From positions 13,330,001 through 13,394,000 of the forward strand of contig OX597823.1 in the NCBI GenBank assembly GCA_951406725.2: a stretch of 64,000 nt of DNA. Direction: 5' to 3'. The notes under the pieces were generated by a model that was not told the origin of the DNA, did not search any database, and was given only the letters and a program-made list of their open reading frames with translations. The translations under genes were made by a program, and so were the position numbers. The stretch's first letter is position 1. Every line of letters begins with the position of its first letter. This document shows positions 1-13,434 of this stretch, piece by piece. The DNA comes from Octopus vulgaris. Taxonomy: Eukaryota.

Positions 1-1920
1 CAGAGCGCACGAAGGTAATGGAATCTTTGATTGGCTCTTTCAATGTTTTTTTTTGCCACTGTTGAGAAAACTTTGGTTCTTTTATTGCATTGAAGATAAC
101 CTTAAGGACCAGATTGTGTCTTCATGTATATCTATTCAATACCAGTGAACAGTTGTACAGAATATGTTTCAATGATCCGATGTTTCTGCATCTGCATACG
201 TCATTTTCTGAGACGTTCTATCTTACTAGATTTGTAGGCGATGACAAGACATCGTAGGATAAACGAGTAGTCCACTTACATATCTCATTCCAACTTATTT
301 TTCCCTCAACAACATGTTCCTCCCATTTCGTTATCTGTCCTTCTTGAGCCCATTGGATAAAATGAAGCTCTCTTCTCTCTCTTTGACGCTGTTGCTAACA
401 AGAGATCTGCGTTCGTTCTGCATCATATATGCAAACGGTCTGAACCGATCTGCACCAAATTCCAGTCCCTTCCGATGAATTGCGTTGCACCTACCTTGTC
501 TCGGTGCATAAGTGAAGGCAGGATGTCATCAGTCTCTGCTTCTGCTTTCCACTTTCTGAATGTTTTTACATCTGGTGGATTACGCCTGATTTCTATATCC
601 ATCGACTCTCGCAGTATCATCACCGTTCGTACATTCCCTAGTTTATAAATGTCGACTATTGTCCAGTAATAACTGCAACAAGCCTTTTTTATGATAGAGA
701 GCTGAACTGTTCAATATCTGAGGTAGGTGTAGCCACTTTCTGATGAACACATTATAGTTTTTGTTCAGTGGTTTGAACTCGCGACAGTGTCACCACGTAT
801 ATTAGAATTGGCCATGAAGGTGCGGATACAAGCGGAACTGTAATCCCTAGCTTTTCTATTTACCTGGTAGCTTTGAGATATCAATTGCTGTGAACTCATC
901 CCCGGCTTGTTTCATAATTTGCATCCCACAACTCCTATCTAACAATGTTCTAGCGTATACACGCTCCAAGCCCATAACGGGTTCTTCCTTGACTGTTGGA
1001 ATGATTTCTTCAGCTATTTTAAACTTAACTTCTTTTTCCACTCCCTAGATAAATGTCAGATTACGCGACTGTTTTGCCCTGAATCGCATCCTTGACTATC
1101 TCACAATCTCGTCCAGCTTCAAGAGGGCACTCTACATGATTTGTTTCTCTGTCGACAGAAGTGTTACGTCATCCATGAAGGCCTTCTTAGGTGATTGTAC
1201 ATGGGCGATTTGCTCCGAAATGTCTGCTAATTTTAAATCATCTCCAAAACTAGGATTAACCACGGGACACATATTGGGCAGCCAACAGCAATGGCAATCT
1301 TTATTCGGTGCCAATCTGTTGTAAAATATCCTGCTGTAAACCTCATCTCGAAACTGTCGATTAATTTTGTTACTTTCTCTGGAATTTGGAAATTGTCTAT
1401 GGCTCTCATCATTAATTCGGTTGGCACTGAGCCATATACAGTATCTAGATCAAGCCATACCACGTCCAGATATGTCCTGTTCTTTTTGGCATCCTGGATT
1501 ACTTTTCAAATCGAAAAACCATGCTCAACAAATCCGGGGATTCCAGGGATTCGGGCCTGTTGAACGGATTCATCAAGATATCCATTACTGTTCTCCTTCA
1601 GAGAATTCCCATAAAGATCCCACCTTTTACGTTCAATAAGGATATCGGCCTAAACTTTTTTAGTCTCCCCATTGGTCTCCTTCGACAGGTATGCGCCTTC
1701 TGACTTACACCAATTCTCTACAAGAGTTTCTTCGCACCACAGCTGCCGCAGCAGGACAAAAAGCTTCTTTTGTAGATGATTGCAATATTTATATATTTTA
1801 TACGAGACACCATCACCTCCTGGGGTACTCTTTGCTCTAGCTTTTCTTACAAAATCATTCACCTCTTTCTCCCTAATGACCTCAGTTTGTCATTCGATAT
1901 CACGTTCTAGGACATGCTTT
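1..1920 (-). mobile_element. Decayed RLE-type non-LTR retrotransposon (HERO/R2-group), RT to zinc knuckle
   Basis: Minus-strand fragments: PGGDGVSYKIYK, GIPGFVEH, WLDLDTVYGSVP (RT WLDLxNAYGSVP), AFMDD, KLPGK, then YDVLSSPTNL and CRCRNIGSLKHILYNC..RYT*RHNLVL (CCHC knuckle before the RLE). Many stops and frameshifts; runs off the window start. Confidence 0.8.
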
Positions 1921-1928
1921 AGCCCATC

Positions 1929-1929
1929 T

Positions 1930-1998
<69 letters not shown>

Positions 1999-2022
1999 AA
2001 CACACACACACATATACACACA

Positions 2023-2068
<46 letters not shown>
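1929..2068. repeat. (TA)n/(CA)n compound microsatellite
   Basis: Direct inspection. Confidence 0.95.
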
Positions 2069-2069
<1 letters not shown>

Positions 2070-2221
2070 GAAAGTCTATGAGAATTACTTAATACAATCT
2101 TGAATTATAAAAGTGATTAAATTTTTTTTTTATATTATAAACTTTTTATCAGGATGTTACTAACCTATTTCGGGAAGAAGTTTGTTTCCTAGTCTGTGAG
2201 CGCTCTCGATTAACTTTTTCA

Positions 2222-2445
2222 AACATACATATATACATACATACATACATACATACATACATACATACACACATACATACATACATACAAACATACATGC
2301 ATGCATACATACATACATACATACATACATACAAACATACATATATATATACATACATACATACATACATACATACATACACACACACACATATACATAC
2401 ATACATACATACATACATACATACATGCATGCATGCATACATGCA

Positions 2446-2479
<34 letters not shown>

Positions 2480-2922
2480 CATACATACATACATACACAC
2501 ACATATACATACATACATACATACATACATGCATGCATACATACATACATACATACATACATACATACATACACACATACATACATACATACAAACATAC
2601 ATGCATGCATACATACATACATACATACATACATACATACATACATACATACATACAAACATACATATATATATACATACATACATACATACATACATAC
2701 ATACATACACACACATATACATACATACATACATACATACATACATACATACATACATACATACATACATGCATGCATGCATACATACATACATACATAT
2801 ATACATACATACATACACACACATATACATACATACATACATACATACATACATACATACATACATACATACATACATACATACATACATACATACATAC
2901 ATACATACATACATACATACAT
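2222..2922. repeat. (CATA)n microsatellite, ~700 bp, with variant units
   Basis: Direct inspection; source of the spurious MYVC/HTYI ORFs. Confidence 0.97.
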
Positions 2923-3336
2923 AGACGCAAGCATGGCTGTGTGATAACAAGCGGGCTACCTAATCCTACGCTTCAGGGCTCAGTCCCGCAGCGTTGCACA
3001 TTGAGAAACTGTTTCTACTTATAGCCTTAGGCCGACCAAAGCCTTGTGAGTGGATCTGGTGAACCGAAACTAAAAGGACCATGAATATATTTGTAAATAT
3101 AAATATATAATATGTGAGTGTGTGTGTGAGTGTGTGTGTGTGTGTGGGTGGGTGTGTTTGTGTCTTCGTGTGTGCATTTGCCCGTCACTCCCAATATTGC
3201 TTGAAAACCGATATAGCGGTGCATCCGTTCCTGTACCTTAGCAGTTCGGCAAAAATAACCGAGGGAATAAAGTACTGGGCTATAAGGCGCGCTCCAACAT
3301 AGCCGCAGTCAAATTACAGAAATAAGTACAAGAATA
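2921..3336 (+). mobile_element. tRNA-derived SINE family A, diverged copy
   Basis: Aligns by eye to the better copies: GGCCGACCAAAGCCTTGTGAGTGGAT, internal (TG)n, GGTTCGGCAAAA-like segment, GCAGTCAAAT tail. Confidence 0.8.
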
Positions 3337-3654
3337 GAAGAATAAAAGAATATATGTGTGTGAGTGTGTGTGTATATATGTACATGTATATATATATATA
3401 TATATATTTATACGTGTATGTATATATATACATATGCATACGTATATATATATATATATATATAAATATAAGCATATATATGTATGTGTGTATATATATA
3501 TTCACATATATATATATGTATGGATTTATATATATACACACACATACACACACACACACATATATATAATAACAAATTAATAAATAAAATATATGCATAT
3601 ATACATACATATATGTAAGTACCCACATCTACATGTATATATACGTGCATATAT

Positions 3655-3822
3655 GGGTACAGGACACCAGAAAAACGTCGAACACAATGAGAAACGAAAA
3701 CATAAACACAAAACCAAGGTAATGGACATTTTTTCTTAAACAACGAAAAAAATAGAGTACAGGACATACAACACAAGGAAAATTCCCCTTCTTCAGTCGC
3801 CTTTGTTTCATCTACTCCGCGT
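3655..3822 (-). mobile_element. Short non-coding insert between (TA)n tracts, possible Penelope-type terminal fragment
   Basis: Complex sequence flanked by TA repeats. Minus strand has AACGCGGAGTA...CTGAAGA, a partial hammerhead-like pattern truncated at the TA tract. Confidence 0.35.
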
Positions 3823-3900
<78 letters not shown>

Positions 3901-3903
3901 ATG

Positions 3904-3963
<60 letters not shown>

Positions 3964-4028
3964 GGTCCCGGGTTGAGTCGGGGTTAACCACAGTAAATAA
4001 GGTACTCAATACATAGCAGAGTAAATTA

Positions 4029-4155
4029 ATTTATTATATAGAAGGAGCTTCTACAGGACTAGAACTGTTTCATTCAAAAGAAATCATCAGGAAGCGATGA
4101 TTTCTTTTGAATGAAACAGTTCTAGTCCTGTAGAAGCTCCTTCTATATAATAAAT
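4029..4155. repeat. Perfect 60-bp inverted repeat with 7-nt spacer, inside a (TA)n-flanked insert (3961-4155)
   Basis: 4029-4088 is the exact reverse complement of 4096-4155; spacer AGGAAGC. Confidence 0.95.
4047..4095 (-). ncRNA. Type I hammerhead ribozyme motif
   Basis: Minus strand: GCTTC-CTGATGA-TTTCTTTTGAAT-GAAA-CAG-TTCTAGTC-CTG-TA-GAAGC. Stem I GCTTC/GAAGC, stem II TTC/GAA, stem III ACAG/CTGT, GUA cleavage triplet. Confidence 0.8.
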
Positions 4156-4600
4156 ATATACATATATATATATTTATATATATAAAACTTATGTTTATGT
4201 CAAGTACTCATTATATAAACTACTAATGAATATATGTGCATATGTGAGCAAATTTGTATGTATATACATGACCACATTCTTCCGTTCGGTGAGCAATGAG
4301 ATGTAATTTACTTTACAGATGAGTTTTAAAGTCGTATAGACATAATATAACTTTCCTCCTTCTTTTTTTATAGATCCGTTAATCTCATACCATTATTTGT
4401 TATATTAGCAACTATACTAGAGTAAATCAAGTCAACGAGCATTCGAATTGAGGCTTTATCTACAACAATAGTGTCTTTCAATAAAGGCATGAGGCCACAT
4501 ATTTTATTTGTTCTTAGTTCTCGATTGAGTTCATTTTCTTGAAATGGGAAGAAATGATATCCCATCCGACATCGGCTCGGTTTGAATACTTTTGTATTTT

Positions 4601-4775
4601 ATCTTTTACTTGTTTCGGTCATTTGACTGTGGCCATGCTGGGGTACAGCCTTCAAGTGTTTCAAGTTGAAAGAATAGAGCCCAGTACTTATTCTATCGGT
4701 GTCATTTTTGTTCAGTCGCTAATTACGGTGACACCGGTTGACAGCGGTAGTGGGACACACACACTGACACAAGCA
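4601..4775 (-). mobile_element. SINE family A, 3' part, diverged
   Basis: TCTTTTACTTGTTTCGGTCATTTGACTGTGGCCATGCTGG and AGTACTTATTCTATCGG match the reverse complement of the family A tail. Confidence 0.75.
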
Positions 4776-4870
4776 TGCTTGTGTCAGTCTGTGTGTCAGT
4801 GTATGCAAATGTGTGTGTATCAGTATGTGTGTGTGTCAGTGTATGTCCCACACGCACTGATACACATAAA

Positions 4871-5100
4871 GGCGGTGAGCTGGCAGAAACGTTAGCACGC
4901 CGGGCGAAATGCGTAGCCGTATTTCGTCTGCCGTGACGTTCTGAGTTCAAATTCCGCGAGGTCGACTTTGCCTTTCATCCTTTCGGGGTCGATAAATTAA
5001 GTACCAGTTACGCACTGGAGTCGATGTAATCGACTTAATCCGTTTGTATGTCCTTGTTTGTCCCCTCTGTGTTTAGCCCCTTGTGGGTAGTAAAGAAATA
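4871..5100 (+). mobile_element. SINE family B (tRNA-like head, Meta/MESC-like central segment)
   Basis: GGTGAGCTGGCAGAA A-box-like, GAGTTCAAATTCC B-box, GCCTTTCATCCTTTCGGGGTCGATAAATTAAGTACCAG core. Near-identical to 46369-46596. The domain name is from memory. Confidence 0.85.
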
Positions 5101-6524
5101 GATACACATGTATATGTTGAGAAGCAAGCTTCTTTCTACACAGCCGCACCTGGGAATGAAATTGCATTCATATACAATTTGAATAACAGTAGTATAGCCA
5201 CAAGTGTGCGCCAATTCTACAGCATGTTATAGTAGTTTGTAATGGCTATTATTGTAGATTGGTACCTGTTTCATCGACACCCGAAGCATTAAAGACGAAG
5301 TTACCATCACCAGAAGTTGAACTCGGTTTGTAAAAGGACGAAGAAAAATAACACAAAACGTTTCTTCTCACATGATATCTATTCCGCTAATTTAACACTC
5401 TTTCTCACTCTTTTATACACAGCAATATTAATATCCACTATTGACAAATTCAAATATATATGGTTAACTTTATGTAATTAATTGCATGGTTCTATTTGTA
5501 TTTCTACTTTTGGGATTAGACTGTAAATAGAAATGTTTTAGATATTACAGAATTAATAAATTCAGAAAGTTTTCGCATCAAAAGGAAAGTTGACAATGAT
5601 TTATATATATTTATGTACACATGTCTGTCCATGTGTAGGTAATGTAATAACTAGACTTTAAATATTAGATTTATTAGTAGAGTTCGAACCGTTAATATCT
5701 ACATTTTATGATGTCATAAGTCGACAAACGACAGTTTCCATGTAATCTGAACTCTTCACTTTCAATGTTTTCTATTGCATTATCACAATGTAGTGAATAC
5801 TCATTTCACGAGTATTAAATAGTTACAAGTTAATGTTGTTGTCAGCGTGTGTTACTACTGTCGACTCTAGTGTGCCATACTGGCCTAGTGTACGTAGGTA
5901 TGAATTACAAAATGAGATCCACAGATTTTATACTCCACTTGTACTGATCATGCTTCATTTGAGTCGAGAGCCACACACCGAAATCCAGTGCGCAGAGATT
6001 GACTTTGTGGAGTACACTACGACTGCAGATACAGTCTTTTGACTGTTGTTCAGTCTATCTGTACACATCTAGATTCCGTAGCAGAACTCAGTAGTGTTGG
6101 GCAACGTGGGGTGGGGGTCAACTAAACTACTGCAGCTGCAGTTTTTTGTACACATGATTGGTAAGGTTCATCCCGATACAGAGTCTGGTAATAATGAATC
6201 TGTTGATACTGCAGCTATTTCTGTGCACGAGTTTTACTTTCTGTGTACTTGTAGAACCATACTAAGGGGCATACCGCGTTTCAGTTACTCTTGCTGGTAA
6301 GCGCTAATATTTTGTGATTGTATTTGTATGTTTTTCTTTTATAGTGATAGGATCTGTGAAGATCTAAGATTTTTGTAGCAACAAATTATTATTTGAGCCG
6401 TTGTGTATCAGATTGCACTCTTTAGTATTTCTGTTTTATAGTTTACTGGTCGCTGCTCAGAGAGTAGGGGCCTAGGCAAAGATGACATCATGATAAATTT
6501 GATGCACTATTTACATACCATTAG

Positions 6525-6890
6525 TTTAATTTAATTTAATGTAATTTAAATTTTATTGGCTCAAAAAGCAGAAGTAAGGCCATGTAAGGGGACAGGGAGT
6601 TATGTACAGGGAGGATGGTCATACAAAGAGTTCAGGTCATTTCCGTTCATGAGAGACTTTGAACCGAGCGGTCGTCGGCATCTTCACTATCTCGTCCGGC
6701 AGCTTATTCCACGGATCCGCAACCACGACGGAGAAAGCCCCTCTCCCTCAATTGAGATGAAATCGTCGTAGATAGAGCTTTTCAGAGTGACCCCGCAGCC
6801 TACGCTCTGGAGCAGGAGTGAAGAACAGCTCTTTCGAGAGGTTACATTTTCCGCTTATGATATTGTGAGCGAGAATGAGATCACCAGGGC
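6525..6890 (-). mobile_element. CR1-type LINE 3' end fragment
   Basis: Minus strand encodes AFSVVVADPWNKLPDEIVKMPTTARFK (CR1 ORF2 C-terminal FSxRVVxxWNxLP motif), followed by a 3' UTR and an (ATTAA)n-like tail. Confidence 0.7.
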
Positions 6891-6974
6891 GTCGTCGTTT
6901 TTCAAGAGAAAAAAAAAGTGTTTGTTTTGGTTTGTCAAAAATGACATTTGATTTTCATTTATATGTCATTTAAA

Positions 6975-7225
6975 TGCAGTGAGCTGGCAGAATCGTTACA
7001 ACGCCAGACCAAATATGTGGCACCATTTCCCCCGGTTTTACGTTTCTGAAATCAAATGCCGCAGAAGTCGACTTTGCCTTTCGTCCTTTCGGAGTCGATA
7101 AAATAAACTTCATTTTAGTGCTGGGATCGATTAAAATAAAGTACCAGTTCAGTAATGGGGACGATGTAATTGACTAAGCCCCTCGGTACAAAATTTCAGG
7201 CCTTCAGTCAACAGAGGAAAGTAGG
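6975..7225 (+). mobile_element. SINE family B, diverged
   Basis: GTGAGCTGGCAGAATCGTTA ... GTCGACTTTGCCTTTCGTCCTTTCGGAGTCGATAAAATAA. Confidence 0.75.
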
Positions 7226-8049
7226 GGTTTTTTGTTATGTAGTAGTCCTTCATCCTATTTTCCTCTGCTGGGCTCATCAAGCGTTTATACTGTTCAATGT
7301 GATAGCTGATTTTATTTAACATACCATAGTGTTACAGCGAAAAAGGAAAAGAGGTTTTATTATTATTATTATTAAACCAGAAGCCAAATATTATCAATGT
7401 TTCTAATCAAATGCCAACATTGAGGCTTGTTATATATTTGACTTGGATATATATTTTAATATGTCCATTTAATCGTGCATTATATTACGTCTTTTTCTAG
7501 AAAATCTATGCGAGGATTTAAAAGGAATTTGGTTGAAATTTTCAGCAAATAATAGAAGCCGGTGTATTTGGCAGGTGATACTTTGAAACTATTGTCTTTA
7601 AAGCCATGGTTCAAAATGAAAAATGAAAAACTGGAATAGTTGTATAGCAGTGAAGATGAGAGTGTCATGTCAGACAGATTGTGTTAGGTAATGGCTAAAA
7701 TAAATGTATGAGATGAAGGATCGTTTTTGGTATTCCATTTGGTAGATAGTAAATTCTGAAAAGTTATTTTGTGTTCATTTATATAGTTATGGAAACCTCA
7801 CACGTAGCTTGATAGCTACTATTTCTTTAAAAAAAAAATTACTGTTGTAACGTGTTGTTTCTCCATGCATGGTCGAGTATTTTAAATCTCGATAAATAGC
7901 GCGGAACATTTGAGATTTTTCTAATGTCAATAGTTGTTTCAAATATTTTTACATGTTTGTTGTTGCTATCTTCGTTGTTATTGTTGTTCTATCTGGTGTT
8001 GAAATTCCTGTCCTCTGTAGCCCTGTGTCATGTTGAGTATTGTGGTGAT

Positions 8050-9195
8050 AGATTAAACAACCCGACAAGTATTTAGTTGTCAAGACGTTTTTATCTGATT
8101 TTGAAGGATTTTTGGTATGGGATCTACTTTTTATCATCACATCTAGATATCAAGAAACCCAACCATCCTCAACGGTTTGTGATATGCGCAGATTTTAAAA
8201 AATGCTTTTATTTTCTCATGGTACAACAAAGTGGATACACCAAATATGTGTGCTTTTGATGCATATAGAACAGCAGAATCAGAGAAAAGTATTGGATGGT
8301 CAAAGAATATCAGCAGCGAACATGAGTTCCAGACTTTTTGACATGGTTAAAGAGCCTTAAGTTGAAAATCATTTGAAAAGCCTTAAGTTGAAAATCGTTT
8401 TACCTACGCTCCATATGAAACTTGGCATTATGAAGCACTTTGTTAAAGATGAATCGTGCTTTCACTATATCTACCGCACATTTCCCATCTGAGCAGTGAC
8501 CAGATAAAAGCTGAACTATTTTATGAGCCTCAAATCAGATAACTGATGCAAGATGGGAACTTTGTAAATTCCATGAAGAACTTCATTTTTAATAGCTGTA
8601 AATTACGTCCTCGGCAACAAGAAAGCGGCCAACTGGGCTGAAATATTCGGTAAGGTGCTGAGGAAAATTCAAAAGTTGGGAGTAAATATCTGCATAAAGT
8701 TGCACTCTCTACAGTCGCCTGGATAATTAGCTCGAAACTCTTGGTGACAAAAGTGACGATCAAGTTGAGCGTTTCTATCCGGACGCAAAATCAATAGATC
8801 AAAAGTATCAAGGATGATGAGAGCGGATGGTGGATTATTGCTGGGGGTGTGGCTCGTTATTGTCCTTTGGTTCAGCACTTAAGAGATTCATCCAAACACA
8901 AAACAAATTCATGGGAAATTAAGCATAAGCAATGATGTAATTTTTAAATAGAATTTAAAGAAAGCATTCTGGTTTCGAAGAAAAACCAATTTCTATGTAT
9001 GTTTGTATGTTACTCTTTATTCTTCATAACCATTATTGAAAGAAAACCGATGAAATGTTATGGATTCAGTATCTTAAAATCTTGACGTCATGATAACAAA
9101 TGGATGTCATTTTCAGATTCTCTGTGTCAAAACCTCCTAGCTTATGACTAAATTCTTTGACTTTCATGTATGGTTTTCACTTCAATTGGGGCATG
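8050..9195 (+). mobile_element. Chapaev3-like (CMC superfamily) DNA transposon relic, internally deleted
   Basis: Fragments ICADFKK..QQSGYTKYVCF, LPTLHMKLGIMKHFVK, EPQIR*L, a frameshifted SDDQ-ERF segment and a YQG..DYCW-like end match the Chapaev3 transposase motif order as I recall it. Boundaries approximate. Confidence 0.6.
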
Positions 9196-9973
9196 TTAAG
9201 TACAGCTGAAGTAGAGCATTTGTGAATAACGTTTTTTTTTTCTTTTTGCTAGTCTGTGTTATATTCGTCGGTATTTATACAGGAAATTGCATTAGTAAAT
9301 GTTTTACTTTATTACCCCAATTAAGAGTTTTATTACATTAGTTTTAGTGTCCAGAGGGCCATGAAGGGTTTGTATGATACCACACCACTGAAGTTGTTGT
9401 TTTTTTTCCGAATATCAGTTTTCAGATTCTTAAAATTTAACAGCATGTTTAACAGATATCTTTCTGAATGCTGTTACTTAAACTTAAACCAAAACTGCGA
9501 TCAAAGCATTCCGGGCATGACTTTCCCGCTATTCTCTATCTCCCGAGTATCAGAGCAGGGGCATCCATACATTTATTTAAGATGATAGTGTAAAATTTGA
9601 GTAAGATTTAGCCGCGCATTTCTACAAAGGCCAAAAGACAACATGAAAACTCTCTCATTTATTTGTATTAAGAATCGTTCTAGTTACAGTTGGGCAACCT
9701 TTTTCAAGAAATAGGTTACACCATCAGGTGAGTCAAATTACCAAAAAGAATCATCCCGATAATCTTTCGTTAGGCGTGCCATTCACAAATTCCGTGGGCT
9801 GCAGTTTTCCCATCACTGTTCTATATATTTGAGACTTTAATTATATGATGTATTTTAATACCTAAGACTATGACTTTGTCAAACCGAGAAACGGGTGGAT
9901 AATTATATTTTTACTATTCTTTTTGTTTGTTGGTGATGTTTTTCCAAATGGATGGAATGAAAATTGAGTAATT

Positions 9974-10150
9974 TCAACCGTGTTTCGTGGTCTGCTACCA
10001 CAACAGCTCTTTTATAGGATCCAGTTAGCTCAAGACATCATCAGAAGGAACCACGTCCGGTTTTGGCCCCTACTCCTCTACCGTTTTGACGTGGCGCCCC
10101 CGCCTTCGGAGCTGTCTTCAGCTCTGGTGTTGGGTGCATGTCTTCCTTCT
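9974..10150 (-). mobile_element. GC-rich short insert with two degenerate hammerhead-like core sets
   Basis: Minus strand: CTGAAGA...GTCAAAACGGTA and CTGATGA...CACGAAACACGGTT. Stems imperfect. Confidence 0.4.
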
Positions 10151-11158
10151 TCTTCATTCTTCTCTTCCCTTAAGAGTTATATATCATTATAATTTTAGTA
10201 GTTATATGATTCTTGTTAAATGTCTGATGACAGCTTTTGCTAATTGTTAGACATATTCTAATATATGGTGTGGAAGACGTTATTGTTGATATTATCAATA
10301 CTACTAATTATATTTCCAATACGTAACCGTTTGTTTTACGTATTATATTGAATATAAACGACACCAATTTATCTTCTGCAGTTTATTGTATGTTATTTCA
10401 CAGTGTAGCATTTTGATGCTGCGATACACATGTGGTAGAACGGACTCCAAAGGAATTTCACAACAGGTGGCAAAGAGCAATGGTAAAAAAGAGTCGGCGT
10501 AATTTGCTTGGTGAAATAACTGCGCGGGTGGCGTCTACTTTGGATGTAAAGGTAGTTCCAGTTGTGATATTTTGGGCTTCGAAAGTTATCTGGGCTGTGT
10601 TTATGCTTGAATCAGTTTATTTAATCACATTTCTGTCACGTAAGGACTTTCAGCGTGTACTAAGATATCGTGAATGGAGAAGAAGTATAATTGGATAGGC
10701 TGTGTATATATTCGTGTAAACGTGCGTCTGTATTTATACGTATACGGATAGAGTTGTAGATACATATACATTTATGTAAATATGTGAGTATATGTGCGAG
10801 CATGTTATTAACTGTAGAAGGCGACAAAATATATCCCATGCATTGGATGCATTTTTTTGAATTTATTCGAAGCTGAGGAAAAAGTGCATTTGAAAAAGGG
10901 GCATAATCGAATGAATACATGCTTTGATAGTTGCATAAATACCAATACACACACACACACATATGGCTATATAGTGAAATTGTGTGAGTAATTGCATGTG
11001 CATGCGTAAGTTTGTGCGTGTGTGTCCATATGTGTGTATATGTGTGCATGTGTGTGTGTGAGTGTGTGAGTGTGTGTTCTGCATCATTATTCGTAGAATT
11101 GGATTTGAAAGATGGCTCGATAATATACGGCACGCTACACAATCTCATCCGTGAGTAA

Positions 11159-11224
<66 letters not shown>

Positions 11225-11293
11225 TTTCTACTTTATATATATATATATATACATATATATATACATATATATACATATATATATATACATATG

Positions 11294-11332
<39 letters not shown>

Positions 11333-12201
11333 CTGCATGTATGAATGAATATAAACAGAGATGCGTATAAATGTTTACAAATTAATACATATGTACGGAT
11401 GTGTATATGCCTGTGTGTGCGCGCGCCTGTTCGTGTTTTCGCGTGCACTTGTGGGTATATGTAAATGTCGATAGATCCATACACTACACAGAGATGTACG
11501 CAGTTCAGTAATGCAAAAAATAATATATATATATATATATGATCAGCAGCAAAGAAAATGAAACACGAGAATCTTCAATTTTCGAATTTTGTTTTTCGCT
11601 TTGTTTTTTTTTTCTTCTTTTTCCTTCACATTATTCAAATCGAAATTCGATATACTTAGGTGACTTAATAACCAGGAAATTGTATCTTTATTTGTTTCTT
11701 TATTTTTTCCCCCATCCACAAATATTTTTTTTTCTCATAAGAACAGGGCAACGAAACTATGTAACGATCAATGTTTATTCCATTACCTACTTATACTAGT
11801 TGCATCTAGTTCATCTGTTAATTGAAGAATGCAGCTGTTAATGGCGTTAATCAATGTGTAGTAACGAGAAATAATGTATTTCAAGAGGATATTAAATGAT
11901 TAACCTTGTTGATTCAGCACATTAGGAATTAGTTACAGATGTTTCTGGAAACTTATTTTGAAGAGACATTTACTTATAGAGAATGGAATTAGAAGGAAAC
12001 GAACATAATTTCAAACACTGCACTACTTTTAATGATATTATACATAAACGTATTTAGACTTGGAAATTCGTTCATTCACATTGGTATTATAAATATGTAT
12101 TAATATGGTTGGGAAGCATGTGTATGCGTATATGCAAACATTAACACTCTCGCTCACATACATAGATGTATTTATATACATATGCACATATATACATATA
12201 T

Positions 12202-12277
<76 letters not shown>

Positions 12278-12342
12278 TATATATATATATATATATTCAG
12301 TATGTGGCAAAGTAATTTATTTTACTAAGCCCTAATTATATA

Positions 12343-12422
<80 letters not shown>

Positions 12423-12427
<5 letters not shown>

Positions 12428-12830
12428 CGCAGAAGTGGTTGTGTGGTAAGTAGCTTGCTTACTAACCACATGGTTCCGGGTTCATTCCCACTGCGTGGCT
12501 CCTTGGGAAAGTGTCTTCTACTATAGCCTCTGGCCTACCATAGCCTTGTGAGTGGATTTGGTTGACGGAAACTGAAAGAAGCCCGTCGTATATATGTATA
12601 TACATGTATGTATGTGTGTGTATATGTTTGCGTGTGTCTTTGTTTGTCCCACCAACATGGTTTGACAGCCGATGCTGGTGTGTTTACGACCCTGCAACTT
12701 AGCGGTTCGGCAAGAGATACCTATAGAATAAGTACTAGGCTTCCGAAGAATAAGTCCCGGGGGCGATTTGCTCGACTAGAGGCGGTGCTCCAACATGGCC
12801 GCAGTCACATGACTGAAACAAGTAAAAGAG
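12423..12830 (+). mobile_element. SINE family A, full length
   Basis: GGCGCAGAAGTGGTTGTGTGGTAAG head, GGTTCATTCCC B-box-like, CCTTGGGAAAGTGTCTT CORE-like segment, internal (TA)(TG), CATGGCCGCAGTCACATGACTGAAACAAGTAAAAGAG tail. Confidence 0.9.
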
Positions 12831-12841
12831 TATACGCGCAT

Positions 12842-12880
<39 letters not shown>

Positions 12881-13040
12881 TATTTATTTATTTATTTATT
12901 TATTTAAGGTATGTTTGTCTGTGTGTGATCATCTTCTCATTTCCTCTCTTTTGATTATTCACCTGTTCCCAACATCCACCACACCGATGAATCTCTGTAA
13001 TTTACTACTCTGCCTGTGTTCTAGCTCTTTGTGGAAAGTT

Positions 13041-13058
13041 TCATCATTCCACATCTCT

Positions 13059-13102
<44 letters not shown>
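13041..13102. repeat. (CT)n microsatellite
   Basis: Direct inspection. Confidence 0.95.
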
Positions 13103-13127
<25 letters not shown>

Positions 13128-13295
13128 ACTCTTTATTGTTATCGCTTTTTCTCCTCTTCATTTCAGGTGCTGTCTCTACGTCTCTACCACTATCACATCA
13201 ACAGATTTAAATCACTGAAGCAGGAAGTCAAAATTTGTATTCGAATAATTGGTTCGAATTAATGTCAAAAACAAATTAGACCTCCTGATGTAGTA

Positions 13296-13345
<50 letters not shown>

Positions 13346-13356
13346 CTCTCTATCTA

Positions 13357-13418
<62 letters not shown>

Positions 13419-13434
13419 AGTATATATATATATA

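Noticed and set aside
2149-3024. Long MYVC/HTYI ORFs (also near 16.6k, 27.2k, 38.5k, 47.3k, 52.9k and 63.3k)
   Set aside because: Translations of stop-free microsatellites, open in several frames and on both strands.
5830-6300. Moderately GC-rich stretch with short ORFs
   Set aside because: No recognisable motif, termini or second copy in the window.
10404-10698. Possible host exon after TTTCACAG, with an 88-aa ORF
   Set aside because: No frame stays open from the acceptor to a credible donor, and I recognise no protein motif.
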